From contig DATNHO010000037.1 of NCBI GenBank assembly GCA_035604895.1, positions 1 to 24,000 on the forward strand: 24,000 nucleotides of DNA. Reading direction: 5' to 3'. This DNA is from Terriglobales bacterium (GTDB lineage Bacteria; Acidobacteriota; Terriglobia; Terriglobales; Acidobacteriaceae). Both the position numbers and the translations under genes were made by a program. Of this stretch, positions 15,947-23,476 are shown one piece after another. Within the stretch, counting starts at the first letter, position 1. Every line of letters begins with the position of its first letter. The notes under the pieces were generated by a model. It was not told where the DNA came from, searched no databases, and saw only the letters and a program-made list of their open reading frames with translations.

Positions 15947-16612
15947 CTACGCCCTGGCTGCTTCCTGATTGCCCAGAGGCAGGAAATACTGGGTTCCCTT
16001 GATCGGTGCGGAAACCTTCCTGAGCAGTTCCTGCAGGTCTTCATTGCGCTCCACGAAATCAATCTCTGAGGTGTTCACGATCAGCAGGTCGGATGAGGTG
16101 TAGTGAAAAAAGAAGTGCTCATAGGCTTTGATCACTTCTTCGAGATATTCTTCATTGATCACCTTCTCTCCTGGCGCATTCTTTTTCTTCAGGCGCTTTT
16201 TCAGTACCTCCGGCGTGGCTTGCAAATAAATCACCAGATCGGGAGTCGGAAGCTGCTCGCGAAAATAGTTGTAATAGCGGTTGTAGGTTTCGAGTTCCTG
16301 GTCGGTAAGGTTGAGGCAGGCGAAGAGCTTGTCTTTTTCGAAGACGAAGTCGGTGACCACGGATTTCTGCGAACGCGGTCCGAGGTCGAGCGCCCGAAGC
16401 TGTTCGAAGCGGCGAATCAGGAAAGCGAATTGCGCCTGGAATCCCGCGCCTCGTTCGCCGTCGTAGAAGGCGCGCAGAAAGGGGTTGTCGTCGGTTTCCA
16501 TGACCAGTTGGGCATTGAGACGCTCTGCCAGAATCCGCGCCAGCGTGCTTTTTCCGACGCGTATGGGACCTTCCACTGCAATGTAACGGGGCAGTTCGAA
16601 AAGATTGGCCAT
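15947..16612 (-). CDS. Deoxynucleoside kinase (dAK/dGK/dCK family)
   Basis: YIAVEGPIRVGKST P-loop, ETDDNPFL and FQAQFAFLIRRF motifs, and the DLVIYL...RLKKK lid region. Confidence 0.9.
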   Translation of the reverse strand: MANLFELPRYIAVEGPIRVGKSTLARILAERLNAQLVMETDDNPFLRAFYDGERGAGFQAQFAFLIRRFEQLRALDLGPRSQKSVVTDFVFEKDKLFACLNLTDQELETYNRYYNYFREQLPTPDLVIYLQATPEVLKKRLKKKNAPGEKVINEEYLEEVIKAYEHFFFHYTSSDLLIVNTSEIDFVERNEDLQELLRKVSAPIKGTQYFLPLGNQEAARA

Positions 16613-16725
16613 GGGCTAGGGCTTCGCATGGCAGGATATCTCGCCAGAGCTTTGCGCGCAATTGAGGGAAGAGTAACCCCTGTGCACCACCGAGGCACAG
16701 GGAAACAATTTACAATCGCGGCATT

Positions 16726-17460
16726 ATGGATGGCTTCGTCATCGGGGCTGGCGTCGCGGCGGCGGTTGCCGCTGGCTATCAGTCCATGGCGCCAACCGGG
16801 CAATGGTATGGCCGGACCTTTACTGGACTGAAGCCGGGAACCAAGCAACTGGCGCTGACTTTCGACGACGGCCCCAACGATCCGCACACTCTTCGTCTAC
16901 TGGAAAGTCTTGCTCATCAGAATGTGAAGGCAACTTTTTTTCTGATCGGACGCTACGTGAAGCAAAGGCCTGACATCGTGCGCGAACTGGTGCGGGCTGG
17001 GCACGTAGTCGGCAATCATACATTCAGCCATCCCAATCTGATTTTTACTTCGGCGCGGCAAACCAGAATCCAATTGCAGGATTGCGCCCGGGCCTTGACG
17101 GATGCGGTGGGAGAGCATTCCCCGCTGTTTCGTCCCCCGTTTGGCGGACGCCGGCCGGGTACGCTGAGAATCGCGCGGGCCCTGGGTCTGGAACCGGTCC
17201 TGTGGAACGTCACCGGTTGGGACTGGAAAGGAAAGCCGGCGGAGTTCGTCGAGCAGAAAGTCAGCCAACAGATTCGTGGCGGCGATGTAATCCTATTGCA
17301 TGACGGCGGCCATGAGGCATTTGGAGCTGACCGTTCGCAAACCGTAATCGCGACCGATCGCCTGATCGCCCGGTACAAGGCTGATGGATACGAGTTCGTA
17401 ACCGTGCCGGAGATGATGGGAAAAGCAGTTGCCAGTTCTCAGCCCGCAGTTCCCAGTTGA
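16726..17460 (+). CDS. Polysaccharide deacetylase (NodB-homology, CE4)
   Basis: LTFDDGPN, ATFFLIG, GNHTFSHP, FRPPFG and LLHD are the canonical NodB motifs in order. Confidence 0.9.
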   Translation: MDGFVIGAGVAAAVAAGYQSMAPTGQWYGRTFTGLKPGTKQLALTFDDGPNDPHTLRLLESLAHQNVKATFFLIGRYVKQRPDIVRELVRAGHVVGNHTFSHPNLIFTSARQTRIQLQDCARALTDAVGEHSPLFRPPFGGRRPGTLRIARALGLEPVLWNVTGWDWKGKPAEFVEQKVSQQIRGGDVILLHDGGHEAFGADRSQTVIATDRLIARYKADGYEFVTVPEMMGKAVASSQPAVPS

Positions 17461-17499
17461 GCCCGCGCTGCTGCGCACCCGACAGGGTTCGAGACCGAG

Positions 17500-18801
17500 C
17501 TATGCATGCACCGACGCGAACGCCTGCTTGGCCACGCTAATCGTTTTCTGAATGTCTTCCTCGGAGTGGGCCGTGCCCAGAAACGCGGCTTCGAACTGCG
17601 ACGGGGGCAGATAGATGCCATTGTCCAGCATTCCGCGGAAGAAGCGGCCGAAGGCTTCTGTATCAGATTTCGCGGCCGAATCCCAATCCGTTACCGGACC
17701 GGGCGTAAAGAACCAAGTGAACATGGAACCCACGCGGTTGTGGCACAGCACCACGCCCGCATCTTTCGCGGCGGCTGCCACTCCATCTACGAGTTCCGCG
17801 CTGAGCTTGTCGAGCCGCGGATAGATTTCCTGCTTGTGTTCCCGCAAATGACGCAGCGTTGCCAAACCCGCGGCCATGGCCAAGGGATTTCCCGAGAGCG
17901 TGCCCGCCTGATACATGGGCCCGAGCGGCGCCACCAGATTCATGATTTCGGACGGACCGCCGTAGGCTCCCACCGGGAGTCCGCCGCCAATAATCTTGCC
18001 CATCGTGGTCAGATCGGGCGTCACTCCGTAAAGTTCCTGGGCACCACCAAACGCGACACGGAATCCAGTCATCACTTCGTCAAAAATAAGGACGCTTTTC
18101 TCCCGCTGCGTGATCAGACGCAAGGCCGCAAGATATCCGCCGGGAGCCGGCACACAACCCATGTTGCCCACGACTGGCTCTACGATCACGCAGGCGATTT
18201 CGTGCTTGAACTTCTTGAATGCATGTTCGAGCGCGTCGGTGTCGTTGAAAGGCAACGCTAGAGTGAATTGAATGAATTCTTCCGGAACGCCAGCCGAACC
18301 CGGAATCCCCAGTGTCGCGACACCCGAACCAGCTTTTACTAATAAGGCGTCGGCGTGTCCGTGGTAGCAGCCCTCGAATTTCACAATGTACTTACGCTTG
18401 GTGTAGGCGCGAGCCAGACGAATGGCAGACATCGTCGCTTCCGTGCCCGAATTCACAAAACGGACTTTCTGCATGTGAGGGAACGCAGACAGCACGATTT
18501 CCGCAAGGTCGGCCTCGGCGGGAGTGGAAGCGCCAAAGCTGGTGCCATTGCAGGCGGCGTCCATGATCGCTTCGATCACTTTGGACGGAGCGTGCCCGAG
18601 AATGAGCGGACCCCACGATCCGACGTAGTCGATGTACTCGTTGCCATCGGCATCGAAGATATGCGAACCCTGCCCGCGCAGGATGAAAGGCGCGTCGCCG
18701 CCTACGGCGCGAAAGGCGCGTACCGGCGAATTGACTCCGCCGGGAATCATCTGCTCAGCGCGTTCTTGCAGCTTGCGAGAAATCTCGGTTTTGCGGGCCA
18801 T
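17500..18801 (-). CDS. hemL: Glutamate-1-semialdehyde 2,1-aminomutase
   Basis: I prefer Met34 of the ORF (18801), which has GGAGAG upstream. [25 protein letters not shown] and the PLP-lysine context [12 protein letters not shown] are present. Confidence 0.95.
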   Translation of the reverse strand: MARKTEISRKLQERAEQMIPGGVNSPVRAFRAVGGDAPFILRGQGSHIFDADGNEYIDYVGSWGPLILGHAPSKVIEAIMDAACNGTSFGASTPAEADLAEIVLSAFPHMQKVRFVNSGTEATMSAIRLARAYTKRKYIVKFEGCYHGHADALLVKAGSGVATLGIPGSAGVPEEFIQFTLALPFNDTDALEHAFKKFKHEIACVIVEPVVGNMGCVPAPGGYLAALRLITQREKSVLIFDEVMTGFRVAFGGAQELYGVTPDLTTMGKIIGGGLPVGAYGGPSEIMNLVAPLGPMYQAGTLSGNPLAMAAGLATLRHLREHKQEIYPRLDKLSAELVDGVAAAAKDAGVVLCHNRVGSMFTWFFTPGPVTDWDSAAKSDTEAFGRFFRGMLDNGIYLPPSQFEAAFLGTAHSEEDIQKTISVAKQAFASVHA

Positions 18802-18997
18802 GGGCTCTCCGTAGGGAACCAGGTCATCTATCGTAACAGCGAGGGGCAACAACAGCCGGGCTCCCGCGCGACGACCTGCCTCAGGTGTCAAGAGAGGCAA
18901 CGGAATTCATCGGATATTTACAGTCTCGCAACAGTTCTGAAACACGTTCTGGCTACTCTCTTTCCAGTACACGCCCTTCTAACCGGGAGGGTTTTAA

Positions 18998-19036
18998 GGA
19001 CAGCTTCGGGGGGCTCCGAGCTGTCCTGATTTATTT
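18998..19036. terminator. Strong hairpin between the csoR-like gene and hemL (T-tract on the + strand side)
   Basis: GGACAGCTTCGG (18998-19009), loop ggggct, CCGAGCTGTCC (19016-19026). This gives 11 bp with one bulge, followed by tgatttattt. Confidence 0.5.
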
Positions 19037-19064
19037 GCGTCGGCGCTCGCAGTTCACAGACTGA

Positions 19065-19352
19065 TCACTTCAGATACGCGCGAACCAGACCGATCAAATC
19101 CTCTCCTAACTCTTCCGGTGAGTCCACGGCATGTTCCGGATTCATCATGTGCAGGCGGATGTGGTCTTCCAGGACCTCCGCCATCAACCCGTTGACTCCG
19201 CCACGAATAGCCGCCAGCAGCATCAGGATGTCAGCGCATTCATCCCCAGCGGCTAGCGCCCGCTCGACCGCTGCGAACTGGCCACGAATCCGCTTGATGC
19301 GGAACAGGAGCTTCTGTTTCTCTTTTGAAATCTCGGGAATTTTATCTTGCAT
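19065..19352 (-). CDS. CsoR/RcnR/FrmR-family (DUF156) metal- or stress-sensing transcriptional repressor
   Basis: RIKRIRGQFAAVERALAAGDECADILMLLAAIRGGVNGLMAEVLEDHIRLH is the typical three-helix DUF156 core. Candidate ligand residues are C39, H64 and H68. Confidence 0.9.
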   Translation of the reverse strand: MQDKIPEISKEKQKLLFRIKRIRGQFAAVERALAAGDECADILMLLAAIRGGVNGLMAEVLEDHIRLHMMNPEHAVDSPEELGEDLIGLVRAYLK

Positions 19353-19385
19353 TTTTGCCTGCTTTCTTCAATCTTTCCCTTTACA

Positions 19386-19402
19386 ATACCGTAGGGGGGT
19401 AT
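19386..19402. promoter_or_regulatory. CsoR/RcnR-type operator (G6 tract inside an AT-rich inverted repeat)
   Basis: ATACC-gtagggg-GGTAT contains GGGGGG. It lies 34-50 bp upstream of the regulator's start codon. It also fills the spacer between TTTACA (19380-19385) and an extended -10 TGaTATAAG (19402-19410) on the + strand. Confidence 0.55.
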
Positions 19403-19511
19403 GATATAAGATTCTCAGGAGGGAAACCCATCGCGGACCCAGGAGCCGCTGAATCCCTCAGGAGCGTAAATCGCATGGTAGCTCAAATCCAGAGAAAGGA
19501 GGGTAACGACA

Positions 19512-19715
19512 ATGAACTGCATGACTCTATTCCTACAGCCAATAGCGATGGCGACGACGCAGCTCGCGTGCGTAATTCACCACGAAACTGTCTCTTCGTG
19601 GCAGAGGCAACCGAAGGCGGAACACAAGTCTTTGCGCATGAGCTGGGTCGTGGTCACCGACGAACGCGGCCAACGGCAGCTTCGCATGCACTGGGTAGCT
19701 GTGGAGGACTGCTGA
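19512..19715 (+). CDS. Small hypothetical protein, 67 aa, rich in Met/His/Cys
   Basis: A very strong SD, AGGAGG (19497-19502), lies 9 nt before the ATG. It is downstream of the operator-bearing + strand promoter candidate. I recognise no family. Confidence 0.5.
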   Translation: MNCMTLFLQPIAMATTQLACVIHHETVSSWQRQPKAEHKSLRMSWVVVTDERGQRQLRMHWVAVEDC

Positions 19716-19888
19716 CGACGGCAGACTCCACCTGTAACATTTCGTTAACATGGCGTGCGTAGGCTAGGTGGGTTGGCGGCGCTTCCCGTTAGAGCGTCGA
19801 CCGACCGCCGAGCCGGACGCCAATATATTTCGTTAATTTACGAGACGCGAAGAAGATCCGAAGCTTAAGCCGTGTCGACATCAAAAAC

Positions 19889-21358
19889 ATGAGAAAGCAA
19901 GTCCAACTCGCAAATCCCGCCCCCATCTGGCTGATAATTGTGTTTTGGGTGACTTTTGGTTCGGGGCTGCCTGCGCTTGCACAGCAGCCTGAAACGCCCG
20001 TTGCCGCGAAACCGGATACAGCGCCCCAGGCAGGGGCCGTCAGCGAGGCTGATCCGCCCTCTGATCCGCCAGCAGACGAAGGCACGGAATCGATGTTCCC
20101 GCATTTCAAAGACACGCGCTTCTGGCTTTCGGGGCAGATGAACTTCATTTTTCAGACCCATCCGCCATTCCCTGCGGCCTACAGCGGGAAGAACAGTTTG
20201 AGTCCCAACTATGAGAAGGCCACGTCCCGCGTGTTGACGCTTTACACGGGCATGCGGCTCAACAACTCGACAGAGATTCTGGTGGACATTGAAGAAGCCG
20301 GAGGATCAGCCCTCAGCACGGGCCTCGGGCTTGCGGGCAACACCGACCTCGATATCGTGCGTAATCCCTTGCTGAGCAAAGAGCCTTATCTGGCGCGCGG
20401 CATGATTCACAAAGTATTTGCGTTGAGCAAAGACAAGATCGAGAACGAGCGCACTGCGTTCTCGCTTTTCGAGGAACTTCCGCGCCGCCGGCTGGAAGTA
20501 CGCTTCGGCAAGTTCAGCATGCCGGACTTCTTCGATGTGAATTCGGTGGGCTCGGATACCCATTTTCAATTCTCCAACTGGACCGTAGACAACAACGGTG
20601 CCTGGGACTACGCCGCCGACACGCGCGGCTACACCGTCGGCGCGGTGGCCGATTACGAGGACCGCAATTGGGGCTTCCGCTTTGCCGAGGGGCTCATGCC
20701 CAAGGTCGCGAACGGAATTGATCTGGTCTGGAAGCCGTGGCAAGCTCATGCCGAGAACTTTGAGTACGAGTTGCGTCACGGAGTGATCCCGAAAAAAGCG
20801 GGGGTGGTCCGTCTATTGGCCTACACCAACTACGCCAACATGGGGATTTACCGCGAGGCCATCGCCAACTTTGAAGCAGGGCTTACACCCATTCCAGAAA
20901 TCACCGACCATCCCTGGCACATCAGTCGCAAGTATGGATTCGGTGTGAACCTGGAACAGAATCTCACCCGTTACTTGACCGCTTTCGGGCGCTTCGGATG
21001 GGATAACGGAAAGACCGAATCCTTCGCCTACACGGAAGTCGATCAAACCTTCGCCATGGGACTTGGAGCGAACGGCGCCTGGTGGCATCGCAAACAGGAT
21101 CGGGCCGGCGTTGCCTTCGTGACCAATGCCATTTGCAAAGATCATCAAATCTATCTTGCCGACGGCGGCCTAGGGTTTCTGCTCGGCGATGGCGCGTTAA
21201 AATACGGTCGTGAAAATATCGTCGAGTCGTATTACACGGTCCACGTCTGGCGCGGCATTTACGTCGCCCCCGGCGTGCAGCACATCAACGATCCCGGATA
21301 CAACCGCGACCGCGGCCCGTTAGTTGTGCCTTCGTTCCGCGCCCACGCAGAGTTCTAG
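19889..21358 (+). CDS. Outer-membrane porin, OprB (carbohydrate-selective porin)-like
   Basis: Signal peptide ending GLPALAQQ. It has beta-barrel-like alternating sequence and ends in an aromatic residue (AEF). The N-terminal WLSGQMNFIFQTHPPFPAAYSGKNSL resembles OprB-family proteins as I recall them. No SD is visible. Confidence 0.75.
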   Translation: MRKQVQLANPAPIWLIIVFWVTFGSGLPALAQQPETPVAAKPDTAPQAGAVSEADPPSDPPADEGTESMFPHFKDTRFWLSGQMNFIFQTHPPFPAAYSGKNSLSPNYEKATSRVLTLYTGMRLNNSTEILVDIEEAGGSALSTGLGLAGNTDLDIVRNPLLSKEPYLARGMIHKVFALSKDKIENERTAFSLFEELPRRRLEVRFGKFSMPDFFDVNSVGSDTHFQFSNWTVDNNGAWDYAADTRGYTVGAVADYEDRNWGFRFAEGLMPKVANGIDLVWKPWQAHAENFEYELRHGVIPKKAGVVRLLAYTNYANMGIYREAIANFEAGLTPIPEITDHPWHISRKYGFGVNLEQNLTRYLTAFGRFGWDNGKTESFAYTEVDQTFAMGLGANGAWWHRKQDRAGVAFVTNAICKDHQIYLADGGLGFLLGDGALKYGRENIVESYYTVHVWRGIYVAPGVQHINDPGYNRDRGPLVVPSFRAHAEF

Positions 21359-21424
21359 GAATCCACCGGATACTCAAATTGTCCTCAAGCGCTTAGCCAT
21401 TGGCTACGACCACCCTGCCATGCA

Positions 21425-21877
21425 TCAGAGGAGCTGATCCAGGATTGCTGTCACGAACTCTCCAACTCGCGCGAAAACTGGGTTATTTGTGATGAACCCC
21501 GTCGCCTGCGCTCGGAGGGCAGCGGCTGCCTGCAGTGCATCCGGCGTCCGGAGACGATACATGGCGCGCATTCGTGCTGCCAAGTCCGCCGTCTCCAGGT
21601 CAGGCGCCATCCATCGCAAGTTAGGATACGTGGAAAGCAAAGCATAGAATGCGTCAACTTTGTGCTCGTCGTTGTCGCGATACGATGGGACCAGGAGCTC
21701 CGTCATCGTGATCGTGGAAGTCACGGCCTCATGGCCTGCCCGCTCCACCCACGAAAAGACAGAATCTGTGAGCGCGAGGTACCGGGGATTCGCTTCCATC
21801 TGGTAAATGAAGATGCTGGTGTCGAGAGCGATCCGGCGGTGACACCGGAGAAATAGCCGAAGGTGCTCTACTCCCAA
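21425..21877 (-). CDS. vapC: PIN-domain toxin (VapC-like), second copy
   Basis: IALDTSIFIY, MTELL and TPDALQ acidic motifs. The fourth position is ITNNP (Asn instead of Asp). TTG start overlaps the antitoxin gene by 10 bp. Confidence 0.83.
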   Translation of the reverse strand: MGVEHLRLFLRCHRRIALDTSIFIYQMEANPRYLALTDSVFSWVERAGHEAVTSTITMTELLVPSYRDNDEHKVDAFYALLSTYPNLRWMAPDLETADLAARMRAMYRLRTPDALQAAAALRAQATGFITNNPVFARVGEFVTAILDQLL

Positions 21878-22089
21878 CTCTGACGCTCCTCCTCGAGATG
21901 TTGGGATGGATAGGCGGTACCCGCCAAACCTCGAATGGCTGCCTTATGAGACCTGGGTTTTTGCAGCACCAGCACTCTCTTGCCGCGGACCACGACCAGG
22001 ACCTTATCGCCAGCCTTTAAGCCGAGCGCCTCCCGCGCCTCCCGCGGAATTACGATCTGATTCTTGGAAGAAATCGTCGCTTGGGCCAT
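21868..22089 (-). CDS. vapB: AbrB/SpoVT-domain antitoxin (VapB-like), second copy
   Basis: I prefer Met36 of the ORF (22089), giving MAQATISSKNQIVIPREAREALGLKAGDKV, the AbrB motif at the extreme N-terminus as in the first copy. Confidence 0.85.
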   Translation of the reverse strand: MAQATISSKNQIVIPREAREALGLKAGDKVLVVVRGKRVLVLQKPRSHKAAIRGLAGTAYPSQHLEEERQSWE

Positions 22090-22090
22090 G

Positions 22091-22116
22091 ACTTTACATT
22101 TTAGCATAAAGTAAAG
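22091..22116 (-). promoter_or_regulatory. Candidate -10 and operator of the second AbrB/PIN operon
   Basis: On the minus strand, TAAAAT (22103-22098) ends 8 nt before ATG 22089, with no SD. Inverted repeats CTTTAC (22092-22097) / GTAAAG (22111-22116) flank it. No convincing -35 was found. Confidence 0.35.
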
Positions 22117-22166
22117 CGCTACCGGCCATGGCCCCGGCGGGAGGTTTGCATGGCCCATCCATTTCT

Positions 22167-22451
22167 CTACTTCTCGACCTTCACGCCCTTCCAAAACGCC
22201 ACGTACCCCTTAATCTGCTTGGCCGCGGGCTTCGGCTCAGGATAAAACCAAGCTGCACCCTGATTCTGTTTGCCGTTCACCTCGAGGTCGTAGTAGCTGG
22301 CTGTGCCCTTCCAGGGACAAACGGAATGAGCGGGGCTGGGTTTGAAATATTCCTGTTTAATCGCGTCAGGCGGAAAATACTGGTTGCCTTCCACTTCCAC
22401 GCATTGGTTGGATTCAGCGAGAACCGTGCCTTCCCAGATTGCTTTTGACAT
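22167..22451 (-). CDS. DUF427-domain protein
   Basis: The pattern WEGTVLAES...VEGNQYFP...CPWKGTASYYDL...AAWFYP is the DUF427 signature as I recall it. Confidence 0.88.
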   Translation of the reverse strand: MSKAIWEGTVLAESNQCVEVEGNQYFPPDAIKQEYFKPSPAHSVCPWKGTASYYDLEVNGKQNQGAAWFYPEPKPAAKQIKGYVAFWKGVKVEK

Positions 22452-22473
22452 GTCATCAGTTTAGATTTCTCTT

Positions 22474-23406
22474 ATGGCTGGTGGCTTCGAAAAATTGGTT
22501 GCGGACGTAATGCCCTCAACCCCGGCTGAGCCCCGTTTCAACGGTCATTCCATGGTAGGCGCGTTGCAACGCGTGCTGGTGTGCTCACCGCGGACCGCCT
22601 GCTGGCATCAACCTGAGCGGGCCGCGCGCTGGCGGGAGCTCGGATTCGCTCATCCTCCGAATTTTCAGGTGGCTCAGTCGCAGCATGAGGCATTGTGTCG
22701 CGAACTGAGCGCGTGCGGCGCGGAGGTCGAGGACATCCCCCCGGCCATGGAGCTTTCGCTCGATGCCGTCTATGCCCACGACGCCTCGTTGCCGACAGAT
22801 TTTGGGTTGATTCTGATGCGTCCCGGCAAAGCCAACCGGGTTCCTGAAGGCAAACATCACGGGTCGTTCTGCCAGATTTTGGGCGTTCCCATGCTGGCCA
22901 AAATTACGGCTCCGGCAACGACGGAAGCCGGAGACATGGTTTGGCTCGATGCCAAGACGCTGCTCGTCGGCCACGGCTACCGCACCAACGCGCAGGGCGT
23001 ACAACAGATGCGCGGCCTGCTCAAGCCCAAGGGAGTGGAGGTTCTTTCTGCGCCGCTGCCGCACGGTCCGGGACCGTCGGCGTGCCTGCATTTGATGTCA
23101 CTGATTAGTTTGCTCGATGAGAAAACCGTGCTCGTCGACTTGCCATGGCTCGCGGTTGAGACTCTGGAGTTGCTGAGAGCGCGTGGCTATGACTTTATCG
23201 AGATTGACTATTCCGAGCGCGAGACCCTTGCCTGCAACGTGCTCTCGTTGGGCGAGAAGCGACTGCTTGCACTGGACGAAAACAAAAAGACCAATCAAAA
23301 GCTGCGCGCGGCAGGATTTGATGTCCGAACCTTCCCCGGTTCCGAGCTGTGCATCAACGGCAGCGGCGGCCCCACCTGCCTGACCCGGCCTTTGCTGCGC
23401 TCATAA
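22474..23406 (+). CDS. Amidinotransferase-fold enzyme (dimethylarginine dimethylaminohydrolase / arginine deiminase-like)
   Basis: The C-terminal nucleophile context NGSGGPTCLTRPL, plus internal DAVYAHD and TTEAGDMVWLD...LLVGHGYRTN. The start is ambiguous between 22474, 22510 and 22552, and none has an SD. Confidence 0.85.
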   Translation: MAGGFEKLVADVMPSTPAEPRFNGHSMVGALQRVLVCSPRTACWHQPERAARWRELGFAHPPNFQVAQSQHEALCRELSACGAEVEDIPPAMELSLDAVYAHDASLPTDFGLILMRPGKANRVPEGKHHGSFCQILGVPMLAKITAPATTEAGDMVWLDAKTLLVGHGYRTNAQGVQQMRGLLKPKGVEVLSAPLPHGPGPSACLHLMSLISLLDEKTVLVDLPWLAVETLELLRARGYDFIEIDYSERETLACNVLSLGEKRLLALDENKKTNQKLRAAGFDVRTFPGSELCINGSGGPTCLTRPLLRS

Positions 23407-23437
23407 GGCCACCCCCTCTCGAACAACGGAAATGGAG

Positions 23438-23459
23438 AAGTGTTCCACGTGGAACACTT
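23438..23459. terminator. Perfect 22-bp palindrome between convergent genes (bidirectional terminator or protein-binding site)
   Basis: AAGTGTTCCAC|GTGGAACACTT is exactly self-complementary. It lies 32 bp after the + gene stop and 18 bp after the minus gene stop. Confidence 0.45.
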
Positions 23460-23476
23460 TGCATCCCGGGCCCTTT

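Noticed and set aside
651-19029. Many long ORFs antisense to, or out of frame with, recognised genes. Examples are 651-1262(-), 1232-1759(-), 4122-4841(-), 4808-5368(-), 8071-8946(-), 12967-13536(+), 13564-14253(+), 16103-16831(+), 17506-18261(+) and 18355-19029(+).
   Set aside because: They fully overlap genes with clear family signatures. Their translations are Arg/Gly/Ala/Pro-rich with no motifs, as expected for shadow ORFs in GC-rich DNA.
19325-19762. 145-aa + strand ORF spanning the csoR-like start, the operator and the 67-aa ORF region.
   Set aside because: It begins inside the regulator gene on the opposite strand, crosses the promoter and operator, and has no SD. The nested 67-aa ORF in another frame has a near-perfect SD.
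5432-22194. N-terminal extensions in the ORF track for the TPR gene (5432), GloVer gene (7690), secreted protein (10697), bcp (10423), RES toxin (15321), hemL (18900) and second antitoxin (22194).
   Set aside because: The internal starts have SD sequences. They also yield proper signal peptides or family-typical N-termini and remove gene overlaps. The extensions have non-coding-like composition.
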